A stretch of 64,000 bases of DNA from Ramazzottius varieornatus (lineage: Eukaryota > Animalia > Tardigrada), in the NCBI GenBank assembly GCA_001949185.1, contig BDGG01000014.1, forward strand, positions 837,378 to 901,377, read 5' to 3'. The notes below the pieces were generated by a model. It searched no databases. It was given only the letters and a program-made list of their open reading frames with translations, and was not told the DNA's origin. Position 1 is the first letter of the stretch. Each line of letters begins with the position of its first letter. Positions 30,300 through 42,748 of this stretch are shown piece after piece. Made by a program: the position numbers and the translations under genes.

Positions 30300-30960
30300 T
30301 CCGGTAAGAAGGAAACATTTGTTTAGTTTGTGAAGTAGGCCAGCATGACGTAGACATTGTTGGGAGTCCTGGAGATAAGCGCAGCACGGGTGACAAATGT
30401 CAGGCTTTTGTACTAGTGCCCTTCTCCGCGTTGTCGCCTGTTCCGAAGAGATGTGAAAGTAACCTGTTGTTCATTCACAGACCTGGCCGCGGGAGCTGGG
30501 ACGAGGGCCGTGCAGAGACCCGACCAGCGTCAGACACTCCTACATAATTCCGACGCGCCTGCAGTGCGAATGTCTTTCAGGGTGATGATTGGATATAGCA
30601 ACACAAGTATGAAATACGGGACGTGGTAGCCGATAACACTGGACAGAGCAACAAGGCCGGCAGTTGACCTGATCAAAGTGCACTGTACCTCATCAGGCCT
30701 GGCATTCAGCTGCCCCCTATGACGCGCACGAACAGCCACGTGAAGAGGGCAATTGCGGAAGCCATCTCTCGGGTGCGGACATTGCGGTACTTTCCTGAAA
30801 GCAGCTCAGAAACGATTCAACGTGAGAGAGTGACCGTAGCGCTGTCCCAAAGTCAGCACCCAGTTGAAGTAGGCACAAGCCAAACATAATGACTTTTCGA
30901 ACTGCCAGTAGCCGTAGAAGCTTCGCAAAGAGAAGTGAGCCCGTCGATGTAAGACATACT
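30300..30960 (-). pseudogene. Truncated class A GPCR pseudogene, paralog of 37334-38685
   Basis: RSFYGYWQF..LC..RYGH..TLNRF*AAF..YRNVRTR and SSVIGYHVPYFILVLLYP match the 37-38 kb GPCR; stops and frameshifts; TM1-2 missing. Confidence 0.8.
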
Positions 30961-31800
30961 GTAAAAATACGCTGCGTCCGCGCAGTACGTCATCGTACAC
31001 GCGAAGTACAGCCCCGGTCCGGCTTTACTGCCTGTTCAATCCCCTCCAGGGGTGCAGTCTAGACCAATACCTCTGACGCTCCTCAGAGATAGGACGGCGA
31101 GAAGGTGCGTTGCCACCCACCAGCCATAACACCGAGTGGTAATATGCACCTGAACTCCGACGGAGCCTGCGTGGTATTTTCAAGAAAGCTTAAAGTCACT
31201 CGGTGGGCACCATGGCCCTGATCTCGAGGCCGCATTCCTTCCGGCTGCTTTGGTGCTCGTCGGTACTACACTTGACTCCAAGGTACGTAAGCTCGACGCG
31301 AGGATAAGGTTAGATGAAGACCGCTATGCCGCAACCAAAGAAGATGTTTCATCAAGGCTGGGCGAATCGTTCTTCTGAAGCCATTCTTGAAGAAAAGACT
31401 TCAACAAGGAACTCTGGTGCTGATACTTTCAATTGCCAGTGGCGGATTTATGGAACGCACAGTTGAGAGCGAACGGCGATGGTAGGGCGGGCGCAAATGC
31501 GCCGGGCTTCTCTACGGATAAGGGACTTGAAAAACACAAAGATAATTTATATATATAGAAGGTTCATGAGTTCAAAAGCTGTGTTCACCAGAAATTCTGT
31601 GGTCGATCGATCACCAGCCGGATTTCGAAAACTTTTGTTTTCTCCACCGCGGTTCTACTTCTGATGAGAGTTAGCTTTCATTCTGTATTCCCTTCGGACT
31701 CTAGTTGTTATTTGTCGGAACGCTAGAACATCATCTAACCCGAAGAATCGAAAAAAAAAATTTCCACCATCGGCGCGGATAACGTGAGAATACATATGTG

Positions 31801-32729
31801 TCAGGTTGCAAGGAATGACTAGTCCGTTTTTTTAAGGGGGGGAGGATGGTTTCGGAATTTTTTTGTGACTTCACCGTTGACTTCTTGATCACAAAGGGAA
31901 TTCTAAACCATACCTAAGCTGTTCTAGTTTTTCTGACCCACAGGGGAATGCCTTACGATCAGAGTGGTAAGAGAAAACTGGGGCAGTAGTAGTCGCAAGA
32001 AGTTTTTGCTTACATCAGTTTCTTTGTTTTATTTTGTGGACGAACGCATTCCAACGGAAGAAACGGTTGGAGTACCTGAACGCCCGAACATTGTAACATC
32101 TAGCCGTTGCCAGAAAGCTTCTGATTCCAGCTTGCACAATTTCCGAAAAACATTTCCCGAGAAAGTCCCCCAGGAAATCCGGCCAGTACACTGCGCTACT
32201 TTACTGAGGTTAGCGAGTTGATTTTTTCACCTTCCTGACTTATTGAAAGGTGCTAACAGTGATATCAGTAATTAACCCAAACTGTTAGATAACTATAGGC
32301 GGAGCCAAGTCTGGATCGAATTCTCCACGATTTCACGAAAGCCAGTTTTTCATCTGCGAGCCTTATCGTCGTCCTCCCCTGATCATCACCTCAACCGAAC
32401 TGTTTTGCAACAGTTGTAACCGGCCATTTGAGGGGCTTGGTCTGAGGCATTATCTGCCATGTTTCGCAGATTTTTGAAAGCGCGGGCTTGGACAACAGAA
32501 CCAGTTTGGGTTTTGAAACATGAGCTCGACAAAATTTCAGCGCTGACATAAATATTCTTGACGAGTTCCAGCAGCAACAGATCAGAGTGCTAAAAAGTAG
32601 ATCTTAGGGAAAAAACCTGTTATTGTATTGCTGAGAAAAAATGGGAGAGATATCTCAGTTCACTCTGGAGAAAAATAGCTTCAAAAGTCGAGGGTGGAGA
32701 AAACGGACAAATTATACCTTGCAACCTGA
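31801..32729. mobile_element. Non-autonomous TIR element (~930 bp)
   Basis: TCAGGTTGCAAGGAATGACTAGTCCGTTTT vs right end reverse-complemented TCAGGTTGCAAGGTATAATTTGTCCGTTTT; no clear TSD. Confidence 0.65.
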
Positions 32730-32934
32730 TAACATCACAAAATGCGCGAGTTTACGAAAAAAATCGAGAAAACTTTTTCGCGTTTCTCGAAAAATTATTA
32801 TTCGTTCTGTCTGAGTGTCAGGTACCTTACGTCTTGAGGATAGCGGTTAGAAGAGATGATCTGTCTTCTAAAAGCGTGCTCTGAAGAAAAGCACCTCCAG
32901 GTGGTCCGTGCCTTAAAACTGATCGAACCTCTAA

Positions 32935-33476
32935 CAGCGGGATTATGACCGTCCTCACCTCTTTTTGATCGAACTGTCCTGGTGGAACGATAGAGAAGAG
33001 CCCTTTCTAGGGTCTGAGCCAGGTAGCTAAATCCCGTGACGATCCTGAATTGATCAACAGGACCCGGAATTGTAGGATCTAAACTACTACAGTGACGTAA
33101 AGATCTCTGATTGGGAATCTGACTGAACAAATTGCAACTGATTCGACCATGCGGTGGTCAGCTGTTTCGACAGATCGGGCTGGATGCCTTGCTATCACGC
33201 ATTGTCAGCGTGTTTTGGTGCACTGTTCGATGTGTCTGCTGATCAGCTGAGCAATTTGTCGATATGTCTCGAATGAACATTCCCAATCAAGACGCTTTTC
33301 GTCACTGCAGCCTGCTGAAGCGGCCAATGGACTTACACTTCAGAGTTCTGTAGATTAATCAAGGATCGTCGCGGGATTTAGCTACCTGGCTCAGATCCTA
33401 TTAATAGAAAGGCTCTTCTCAGTCGTTCCGCCAGGACAGTTTGATCAAGAAGAGGTGGGGACAGGCATAACCCCAG
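32935..33476. mobile_element. Foldback element with ~200-bp imperfect inverted arms
   Basis: For example TCTGAGCCAGGTAGCTAAATCCCG near 33013 vs CGGGATTTAGCTACCTGGCTCAGA near 33372; similarity extends along both arms. Confidence 0.85.
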
Positions 33477-35171
33477 TATATGTTGTAGTCTCGGCAAAGC
33501 AGAGATTTGCCTTGTGACGTTATCAACGGGGGGTAGAAGGCACAGCCTGGGAATCCCCGACCCCCAACCCGGGTCCCACCCTTTAGAAAAGACACGGAAA
33601 ATGGCGTTTAGGTCTTTCTATCAACTCAGTTCGATACAGAATACCTGTAGAAGAGGGACAGACGGTGTCTCGCCGCTGGCTCGAATGTGAAGACGAACAA
33701 GAAATATTTGTAACAAGTACGATGGATTTACGAAGCCATTACTGGCTTGTGTGTCGTTCGAATAAGCTAGTCGCGCTCATTCCATAGTAGTTGGACGGTT
33801 ACGCTTTAGGATGAAGACTGAAAAGAACTGCAAACGGCGTTTGGACAACTCAACTTAAGACTCGTGAAGCTTCAAAGTTCAAGGATACGCTTTCCGCCTG
33901 ATCTTGAACGAAATTCGGAGCGGAATTCCGAATCCCGTTTCGTTCCTAATTTCCGTTTTCCAAAACGGCCAAATTAAAGATCGGAATTCAAAACTGCAGT
34001 ACGGAACGCGTAAAACCAGTCGGAAGCTCGGCTTGGCCCCCGCTGACAATGGATGATCTCCCAAATGACGCATGCTTTCAGCCACTTACATTTAAAATCT
34101 GCTGCACTTGGTAAAACCTACCCGCCGAGTTCGTTTGCCGAGCTCCCACACAGTCCGTGAGCTCGCAAACAGATTTCCGTGAGGGGGGACTGCTTCAGCT
34201 GGTTATCCTTTCGCATCCACTGGAGCGTAGTGCCTGCGTCTTTTCTCAGAGATAAAGGTTCGAAAGAAAGAATGTTTTGGTAAATAGTCAACACAGATAC
34301 TCAGAACGCGCACAGCAAAAGATGAAGTCACTGCAATCAAAAATCTTTTCAAATACCACCCGCTTCGCAGCTCAGTAGTGGTGCCGTCCCATCAGTCGCA
34401 CCTGAGTCTTCGCGAATTCGCCTCCTCAATCAGTCTGGTAAAGTCAAAACTAGACCCGAACAAAGGTGATGTGGAAAACCGAGTATTATACTGATTCTGG
34501 TTCGAAAGTAGCGACTCTTGATTGATTCAAAGCGGCCACCGTTGCACAAAGTGCGGATCAGTTCTTGCTCATCCCGCCACCGGTGAAGATCAGCAGATAC
34601 AGTCTCTGCGTCCCATCAGTACGACCCTGTAGGAGGTCGTGTGCGTAAACAAAGCCACGGTACAAGCGTGCGGCTCGTCTAGTCAGTCAACGTATACTTA
34701 CGCTCAAAACGGATATGTTTCGTGGTCAGATAGTCAATGACTACAACAGCAGCCGATTTTTACTGTCAAGATGGCTGAAATGTGGTTACTACTGCATCGA
34801 CATCCATTTTATGCTGATTACAAATTATTTCCCGTTTGCTTAATCTGTACGGCTGTAGAATTGCAGGTCAACACCAGACCGCGCAGCAACACCAAGCGCG
34901 ACTGGTGCGCCGGGAAAGCCGCCCTACCCAAGTGTTATGATGCGATGAAGTTAGTCACGACGTTAGTCACCAAATAGTTAACATTAGCCACCATGTTAGC
35001 TACGCTTTTCGCCACTCTATCTCAGACAATTTTCGTGACGCATTCATCAACGTAAATACCGTTGACTGTGCATTGATCCTACGTTTTACCATGCGTGCCC
35101 CTAGCTACCACGTGCCCGTTATCCACCGCCGAAGTTTGCAGTCCAGCATCCCTGTAGAACACCAAGGCGAT

Positions 35172-35320
35172 CAGTACGTGGTGAAAAGGATAATCAACGA
35201 CAAAAGGAAAAATGATAGTTGTGATTTTTGCGGTCCACTGGTAAAACAACGGCCTTGAAGTCGACACCTGGAAGACTGAAGAGACTCTAGGCTGCTGCAA
35301 GCGAGCGATCCTCAATTTTC
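35172..35320 (+). pseudogene. Chromodomain relic, possibly from a chromovirus integrase
   Basis: QYVVKRIINDKR..[frameshift]FAVHW*NNGLEVDTWKTEETLGCCKRAILNF fits the chromodomain consensus. Confidence 0.55.
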
Positions 35321-36959
35321 CGATGCGTAAATCAATACGCAACGAGTGCAACTTCAGATACAAGTGCGTCGATCAGTCATTTCGGTCTTGAACTGGCGGC
35401 CACAAAGTTGGATAGGTTCGGGGTAATTCACTGGCAGACATTTCGGAAAACTGTTTGGCGATCGAGGCAGCTGATTTCGCTTACACGGATAGATCTTTAA
35501 CTCCCATATCGCGCGCACGGGTTTTAAGGGAAAGGATCATGGCATGTTAACCATGCGATTTTGAAAAGTCGATACATGAAGAAAGCGTTTTTGCATATCG
35601 GGAAGGCTGAAAGAAAAGGTGGTCGAAATGATCAACTGGTCCTCGGTTTTTTTCTGAGTCCATCTGCGACAGAACGCACAACAAAAACCTCCATCCCCAG
35701 TACGGCAGTTCTGATCGTGCGAGCTAATTTTTAATCTACGTTTCTACTTCTGGCGAGTGTTCAGGCTACCGATTAGCGCTGGTTTCATGTGCCGTTTTCT
35801 GCTTCGGATCTGCTGAATGTAAATCACAACCACCTTCAGCAAGTCTCAGTTTGTGCTGCGTTCACTGATCAGGATGTTGGCTGTACCGTCCTACTCGCCT
35901 GTATTTGACTACTTGTCATATTTGTCATGAAGCAGCCATCCGCATTTCGTGTCCGCGTGTGTGTACGGCAGCGCATCCAAAGTGAACATCACCACTGGCT
36001 TGATTGTTTACTTTCGGGTCAGCCGCGTACATCACGCGGTAGCTCAAGGTTGATGAGTTGAAGTTTGGTGTGCCTCGTGAAGGACGCTTGACCAATCTGC
36101 GTTGACGGAATGGTCAAGTTTTGTGTCCTGATGACCATCAGTCAGGGGGTCGGAGCCAGGTGACCACCTGAAGTTGACTACGCCCTGGACCCTCCGTTGG
36201 ACTTCCATTCAGGCAAATCCCTGCGGCAAAGCTAGCATTTGCCCGGTGGTTTGAACTCCCCATAAAAACAATATTTACTTGTGACTGGGGACGTTTCGTT
36301 ACGAAAGTCTGATTGGTCTCAAACGTAATTGTCAAGCGTCACCACACGTCTGATGGGTGACTGTAGAAGCGTAGATTTATGAAACCATGGCTGTTAACGA
36401 AAACACATACTGTACAGCGAGTTAACAATAATGACTAATAACCAGTCGACACTCCCGTAAACATAAACGTAAACAATTTGCCAGCAAAAGAACGCTAGAC
36501 TATCTCTTTACCCACATTTAAAACGTAAAACACTTCCTGAAGCACACGGGAAAAGGGACAGATACCCAAAACAGATGCAGCATTACGTACCGCGCTGGAT
36601 GTCATTTCTCACTCGCTGCCACCAGCATTGCATCAGTCTCTTTCACCTGTGTGATCGGACAACTTCCACTACCTTTGAGGAGATTTATCTTTGGGGAAGC
36701 AGGTCCGAACATTCCATACGTCTCAAAGCCAACGAGATAGAAGAAATAGTTACCTCGCGATCTCTTACTTCGTGCGCTTTAGTTCTTCTGCTCTGTTGAT
36801 TGCGTATCCGGCGTTCTGCGATAATTCGTCCACGTAGGTCTGGCATAGGGTGTTCACAGAAGTCCCATCCCACACCAGAGCCTTACCTGCTATCCAGAAG
36901 GTTTGATACAGCACATCAAAAAATGGACGAACTAATGTATGTGGAAGAAACTTGGTGTA

Positions 36960-37136
36960 CGCGCACGATGGGAAATTATGAGACAGTAAAAATTATGGGA
37001 CAGGTTCTTTTGCTACGGCGGTACGGAAGCACTTACGCACGCGACCGATTCGCAGTTATACACTTTTCGACAGTTTTCTGCGGTTAAATGTCCATTTTGC
37101 CGTCCTTTCCGCCTGTCCAATTTCCCATCGCGTATG
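36960..37136 (+). mobile_element. 177-bp MITE with TA target-site duplication
   Basis: Termini C.C.CGATGGGAAATT / AATTTCCCATCG.G; TA flanks; homologous to 3614-3795. Confidence 0.8.
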
Positions 37137-37333
37137 TACCAATGTATGTAAAGTTCTGTAAGGAAGGGGAATAGCCGGACACCGCCGACAGTCCAGGTTG
37201 AAAATCATAGTCACCGTCTAACTAAGCGGCGGAAAGTGAAGCGAAGCCTGGTGATTTAGATAGTACACGTAAGAATACTTTGCAAAGCAAAATCAAGAAC
37301 AAATTGGCAACTGGTTTTTCTGTCGTGCTCAAG

Positions 37334-38685
37334 CTAAGTACAGTGAAACAGCCCCTTGGCCGACTGTCGCAACTGGTCAAGCGAAAAGTACAGTACGATC
37401 GGATTCATCCAGGAAAGAGTGTAACTAAGAGCGCTCTGGGCAGTGAAAAAAGCGAAATTCCAGTAGTTTATATAGTAGACTAATAAGTAGAAGACGTTGT
37501 TAGGCGTCCAGCAGACCAGCGCGGCAAGGGTCAGAAAGGTCAGTGTTCGGTTGTAAGAGTTAGCCCGTCGGTCGCCAATGTTTGGCGCTGATCTGGGACC
37601 AGTCCGTTGCCCAGCCACCGAGTTAGCTGTCGCAGGCGTCGACGGTATCACTGCGGCTGAAACCAAAGGCTTATCCAGCAAGTCACTTATCGCATCTATA
37701 AAGCCAATAGTGACCCACTACTGTTCCACCCTTGGAGACGTGCTACCGGCTTTAATGGTTTCAGTTTAACACCTGACACCCACTCACCAATTAGCATGCC
37801 AAGCCAGCAACCAGAAATACTTTTCGCGAAAACTGAGCAAACATTTCGTGTTATAACTTTCGTAGTCAACTAATCAAGCCCAAGCTGGGCGGCTATGTTT
37901 CGGCATGGCTAGCAGGATTGGTATCATCGGTAAATTTGTCCGACACCAGGGAATCAGGTAACACATCTCGAAGAGTGGGGTAATACTGTCGTCTTACATG
38001 GAATAACGGCCATCATTCCCACACGATTTCGTTGCCATCGTTGTACTCGCAATCTGTATAATTTCATAAAGATAGCAGGATATAGTACTAGAATGAAGAC
38101 CCAGGGGACGTTGAAACCAATAATACTGGATACAACGACTAGACCGGGCTTGGACGCGAGGTTCAAGATGCACTGTGTGTCGCCTGGGGTAGGACTGACG
38201 CGCCCGACAATAACCGAAGGTAGCTGTATGGCGTGGACGAAAAGCCACATCGCGGCCACAATTCCGCAAGCCGCCTTGCGAGTATGAACGTTGCGGTAGT
38301 GCACGGGGAAAAAAGCAGCCCAAAAGCGGTTCAGAGTAATCATCGCATGACTGTACCGCACTCCCGACTGGAACACCGAATCGAAGTAGGAGAACGCGAA
38401 ACACAGGGGATCCCCAAACGGCCAGAAGCCGTAGAAGCTGCGAACAAAATTCCCTGGTAGCGCAGTCAGTGCCAGAAGTACCTCAGAGACTGTTAGCTGC
38501 ACTACGTAGACCATGAAGGAGTTTACAGCCTGCCTGGCATGGAGTAATGCTATCAAGATCGTAGAATTGAAAACAAAGGTGGCGATATCGGATGCCAGAG
38601 CGTAGTACGTTGTAAAGTGAATAAAATGTGACGGCGAGTCGCTGCCTTCTGACAGTGACTGAGTCGAATTGTTGGACGAATTCAT
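37334..38685 (-). CDS. Class A GPCR, 2 exons, apparently intact
   Basis: N-glycosylated N-terminus, WPFG..LC, ITLNRFWA, CWTP, MNPIVLY; a phase-1 intron at 37997-37696 joins the two ORFs in frame. Confidence 0.85.
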
Positions 38686-39215
38686 CGTGATTTTTGGATC
38701 AAATGCAGGATGAAGAAAACTCGGTAGCGCGCAGCTGCTATTGGAGAGAATCGTGCATGCCGGTTTTCGAAAGGTGAGCGGCTGCTTGATGTGACAGATG
38801 ATCAAATAGACTACGGAAATGCATTCGGGAAATGTGATGAAGTTCAAAGTCCAGAGATATTCGCACGAAAAAGTAGGCAATACGAATCATCTCAAAAAAT
38901 TTAATATGAATTATGGGTTCCCGAAAATGAGCTGCTTGAAAGGGCGCCAGCGCTCCTTGCCATCTTATACGGCTTGCTCTTGGATGAGTCAACACCCTGA
39001 GCTTCCCGACGTATTATGATTAATTAACTTCGATGACGCTGACCTTTCTATAAGCCTTCTTCTATCTGTAGGTATTGTCCAACGCCACAGTGCAAAAGGT
39101 GCAGCTATGTTCCATGCGGAAAAAATACTCGTTTCGTGGGGGGTTATACTGATTCACTAATGACACAATGGCAGAAACGATGTTATAACGAGGGGTGGCA
39201 TAAAATTATCGAAAT

Positions 39216-40308
39216 GGCTGCGCGGGAAAGATCTCTCCCGCGGAGTGTTCTAACTATGGGGAGCGATCGCCCCCGCAAAGTAATTTGAGACCATATAGGC
39301 TATGCAGGAGAGATTGAAACCAGTGCTTTATTGAATCCTATGAAGCTTGCTCTCTATTGAATTTTCTCAAAACCAAGCTTTATTCACCTAACGCTTCTTA
39401 CGTCACAGCCTGGGCACTGTCGCAGCTGGTCAGTTAGTTGGCGAAGCTTTACTGTAGTTCCTTCAACAAAAACACCCCCAAGTTTTCAGATACGGTCGTA
39501 GCATTAAGAAGTCAAAACTAGCGGTTCCTGGGTCCGAATCGCAGGCCACTGCTACGGCCATTGCAGTTGCGTGGATCCTCAGTCTACAGTATCTTGATTA
39601 CAGTATCCTCAGTCTCTTGACTTTTGACATTGCTCCTGATGTATCTTCAAGATGCTTCCTTGCTTTCTTCCCATGAGGTGTCCTAATAGTCGGAGGATCT
39701 CATCGGTCATCTTGTGGCCCAGGGTACAATGATAATGTATCCATCTTTCCCTGCAGACTAACGATTGCCAATTAGCATGTATATGGACAACCTGTACCAT
39801 TGGCCAAAGGACGTGAGGACATGGCAAATCGAACAATCAAAGCGAAGGTGGAGTTCGGGGCGGCATTGCAATCAAGAGATTTGATCGGCTTTACTGGAAA
39901 GCAGTCTCTGAAATGTAAATCACCCCATCACTCACCCTGTAGCCTCGACTCATCCCAAACTCCCTGACTGAACATAGTGGCAGATGAAGCTATAGATATC
40001 ACAGAAGAGATCACAGAAAAACTCCCGGTATCACAAAGGAGCACCTTTTACGCCTGAAACAGCTGACTGAAACGGAAACATTGATCAAGGCTTTTGATTG
40101 CCGTCACGTCACGTCACACTGTCAGTTTTGATTGTTTGATTTGCCATGTTCTCACGTTCCTTTCGCCAATGGTACAGCAACCTCAACCGTCATTACGAAA
40201 ACACTGATTTCTCCCGCATAGCCTATACAGTGTCAAATAACGTTGCGGGAGCGATCTCTCTCGCGCAGTCAAGGCACTCCGCAGGGGAGAATCTCTCCCG
40301 CGAAGACC
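39216..40308. mobile_element. Non-autonomous element with ~100-bp TIRs, each containing two short palindromes
   Basis: Left GCGGGAAAGATCTCTCCCGCGGAGTG...TATAGGCTATGCAGGAGA is mirrored by right TCTCCCGCATAGCCTATA...CACTCCGCAGGGGAGAATCTCTCCCGCG. Confidence 0.75.
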
Positions 40309-40596
40309 TCACCTAAATCTATTTGCTGAATAGTTTATTATCAATCTGATCAAAACACTTGGAGACGAACCACACCTTCAAAAGAGCTGCGTCGACCCAC
40401 AGCAGGGGCCTAGTGCGGAAAAGATAAAGCAAAAATGCAACAAGTGGTATGAGACCAGGACTGAGACATAATGCCCCCACATATGATGGCCGAGTGGGCG
40501 GAAACATGAATATGGATAGCTTGCTGAATACAGACACGCAGATAAGACGCCAACTTTTGCCAAGTGGATAGTTTCGTTGTTTGGTTGTCAAGTTAG

Positions 40597-41942
40597 TTAT
40601 TGGTAACTGTCGATCAGTTGTGTCAGGCTCTGGAAACTGCTCGACGAGGATCCTCCTGTCTTCCAAGCTAGCCGTAATTTTTCTTTGACGGTCAGTGCCC
40701 CGTTTCCTTTGGTCTGCGCCATCTCGATCATTTGCAGTATCTCGTCCTCCAACACGACCCGACCACTGGACAGGTGGGCGTCGCGGATGATGACGCCAGC
40801 TTTGTTCCTTTCGACCAGTTCCGCATTGACCAGTTGATCGCCAAACTGCGACCAGCAAACAATGGGCTTGCCTTCGCTCAAGGCTTCGACCGTGCTGTTC
40901 CATCCGCAGTGACTAACGAACAGCCCGATGCTCTCATGGGAGAGGACCATCTTTTGGGGTACCCATGAGACGACCAAAAGCCTCTTGTCCGTCGCGACAC
41001 TTGCTTCAAGGTCAAACTGCGCCAGTGACATGAGCTCTTCGGAAAGATGAATGTGATAATCCGTGCGCAACGACCAAACAACTGGCTGGTTCAGTCGTAC
41101 GAGCGCCTGACTGAGTTCCTTCAGTTGCTGCGGCTGCGGCAACATAACCGTCCCGAAGGAAACGTACACCACACTAGAGGAAGCTTGTCTGTCCAGCCAC
41201 TGTCGAAGTTTGGCCGTAAGACTGACGTTGATGGCCGCACTATCATCGGTAGGAAGTAATGGTCCAAGACAAAAGATTGGAGAGATAATTGGCTCATCAA
41301 ACTCCTGCAGTCAGTTAACAAGCAGAGCAACAGCAGAAGGGACCGAGTCTTTCAACGGTTGGAACATTGCTTTGACGACGCGGTCAGGTGCTATATTATC
41401 TTTCGTCGCCGACATGAGTAACATTCGACCGTGAGAGACGTCCAAAGGTTTACCTTCTTGGAAGTGCAAGGCTGTCTCGATTAGGTCCAAGCGTCCTGCC
41501 ACGACCAGAATGAATGGCATTTTTTGTTTGACAAGCAGGCGTGTTGTATCGACACCAAAAAACGTTCCGCTGACAACCAAATCAACAGAACCTATGGTCT
41601 CTTCTTCCCGATATTCCTTCGACGTCTTCGATAAGATGCTATTCAGCAGGTTGCTGATTCCTTCGTTGACCAACGACATGAATTGGCTGAAGGTGTGGTT
41701 TTTCGCCGCATCGTGCACATCCTCAGCGATGCCGTCGTTAATGGCAGCAGTTTCAAGCTGGCACCGTCAGCAGAAGTACTGTACAATCCCCGTTCCTCCA
41801 AAAGGCTGGCCGTGCTAGCGGAAACTGCAAAGGTAACGCGGTGGTATGGACCAAGTCTACGAGCCAATTCCAACATGGGTATAAGATGGCCATATGTAGG
41901 ATCTGATACGCACAAGACATGTTTTTTCTTCCTGGACATCAT
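40597..41942 (-). pseudogene. Plant-like GT1 UDP-glycosyltransferase, intronless and disrupted
   Basis: GHLIPMLELA, WLD.Q..SSVVYVSFGT and PSPG box WVPQ..VLSH..IG.FVSHCGWNST.E...G.P..W..F.DQ; 1-nt frameshift near 41742 and in-frame TGA at 41311-41313. Confidence 0.85.
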
Positions 41943-42748
41943 GATTTGCCAAGACTGTGTACAGCTAGCCCAAAAATAGATCGATTAAACCAACAGGCTA
42001 CGTACGTGCGACAGCACAACTGGAGAAGCTTATCCAAAAGTTCTACCATTGCAAAAGTTTTGAGGTTAGTGCGTTGCGTTACTGCTGGCACAAAAGAACT
42101 GCAAGTTGTATCTTGGCCAAAGACTGACTCTAGCCTACCCTTTTATGGACGACCTCACTAACTAAGATAAGACTGCATGATGTTTGGAGGACACGGAGGG
42201 ACTAAAACAGACGTTCGCTCTTCGCGCGGAAGAAGTAGGGTCCCCTCTTGATGATGCTAAAACCGCTTCTTTATAGGCCTATGATGAGATTTGACGGTCA
42301 AACGGCTGCTTTCAGGCAGGAAGTATGGTCCAAAGCTCGCAGAACGTTCTTGACGAGGCATCGCACATCTGCAGTCTACTTCTGCCCAACAACAATCACT
42401 GAGTATTGGCCTAAACGGACTCCACGGCGAGCGACAAAAGTCGACGGAAAAAACGGTTTTTCGGTGACGTCGTCGTTCGCACTTCCAGCGGCGAACGTTT
42501 TGCGACTGCGGCGAAAGTTATCGAGTATGAACGGCTCGGTTTTTTGCCTTTTCCGCGCGGTTTTTCGTGCTAACTTTTACGTTTAGTGCCGTGGTTTGCT
42601 ACCTGCGGAGATTAGGTTGAAAGGCAAGCGGAAAAAAACTCTTCGCTGATAAACTCCATTTCGCGCTTTTTCTTCAAATTCTCTTCTGCTCTGCGGAATC
42701 TTTTCATTGGGTTCTGATACATTTACGTTGTTAACTGCTGGTCAAGAA

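Noticed and set aside
41311-41313. UGT in-frame TGA as selenocysteine
   Set aside because: The position aligns with Ser/Thr rather than Cys, the gene also has a frameshift, and no SECIS was noticed downstream
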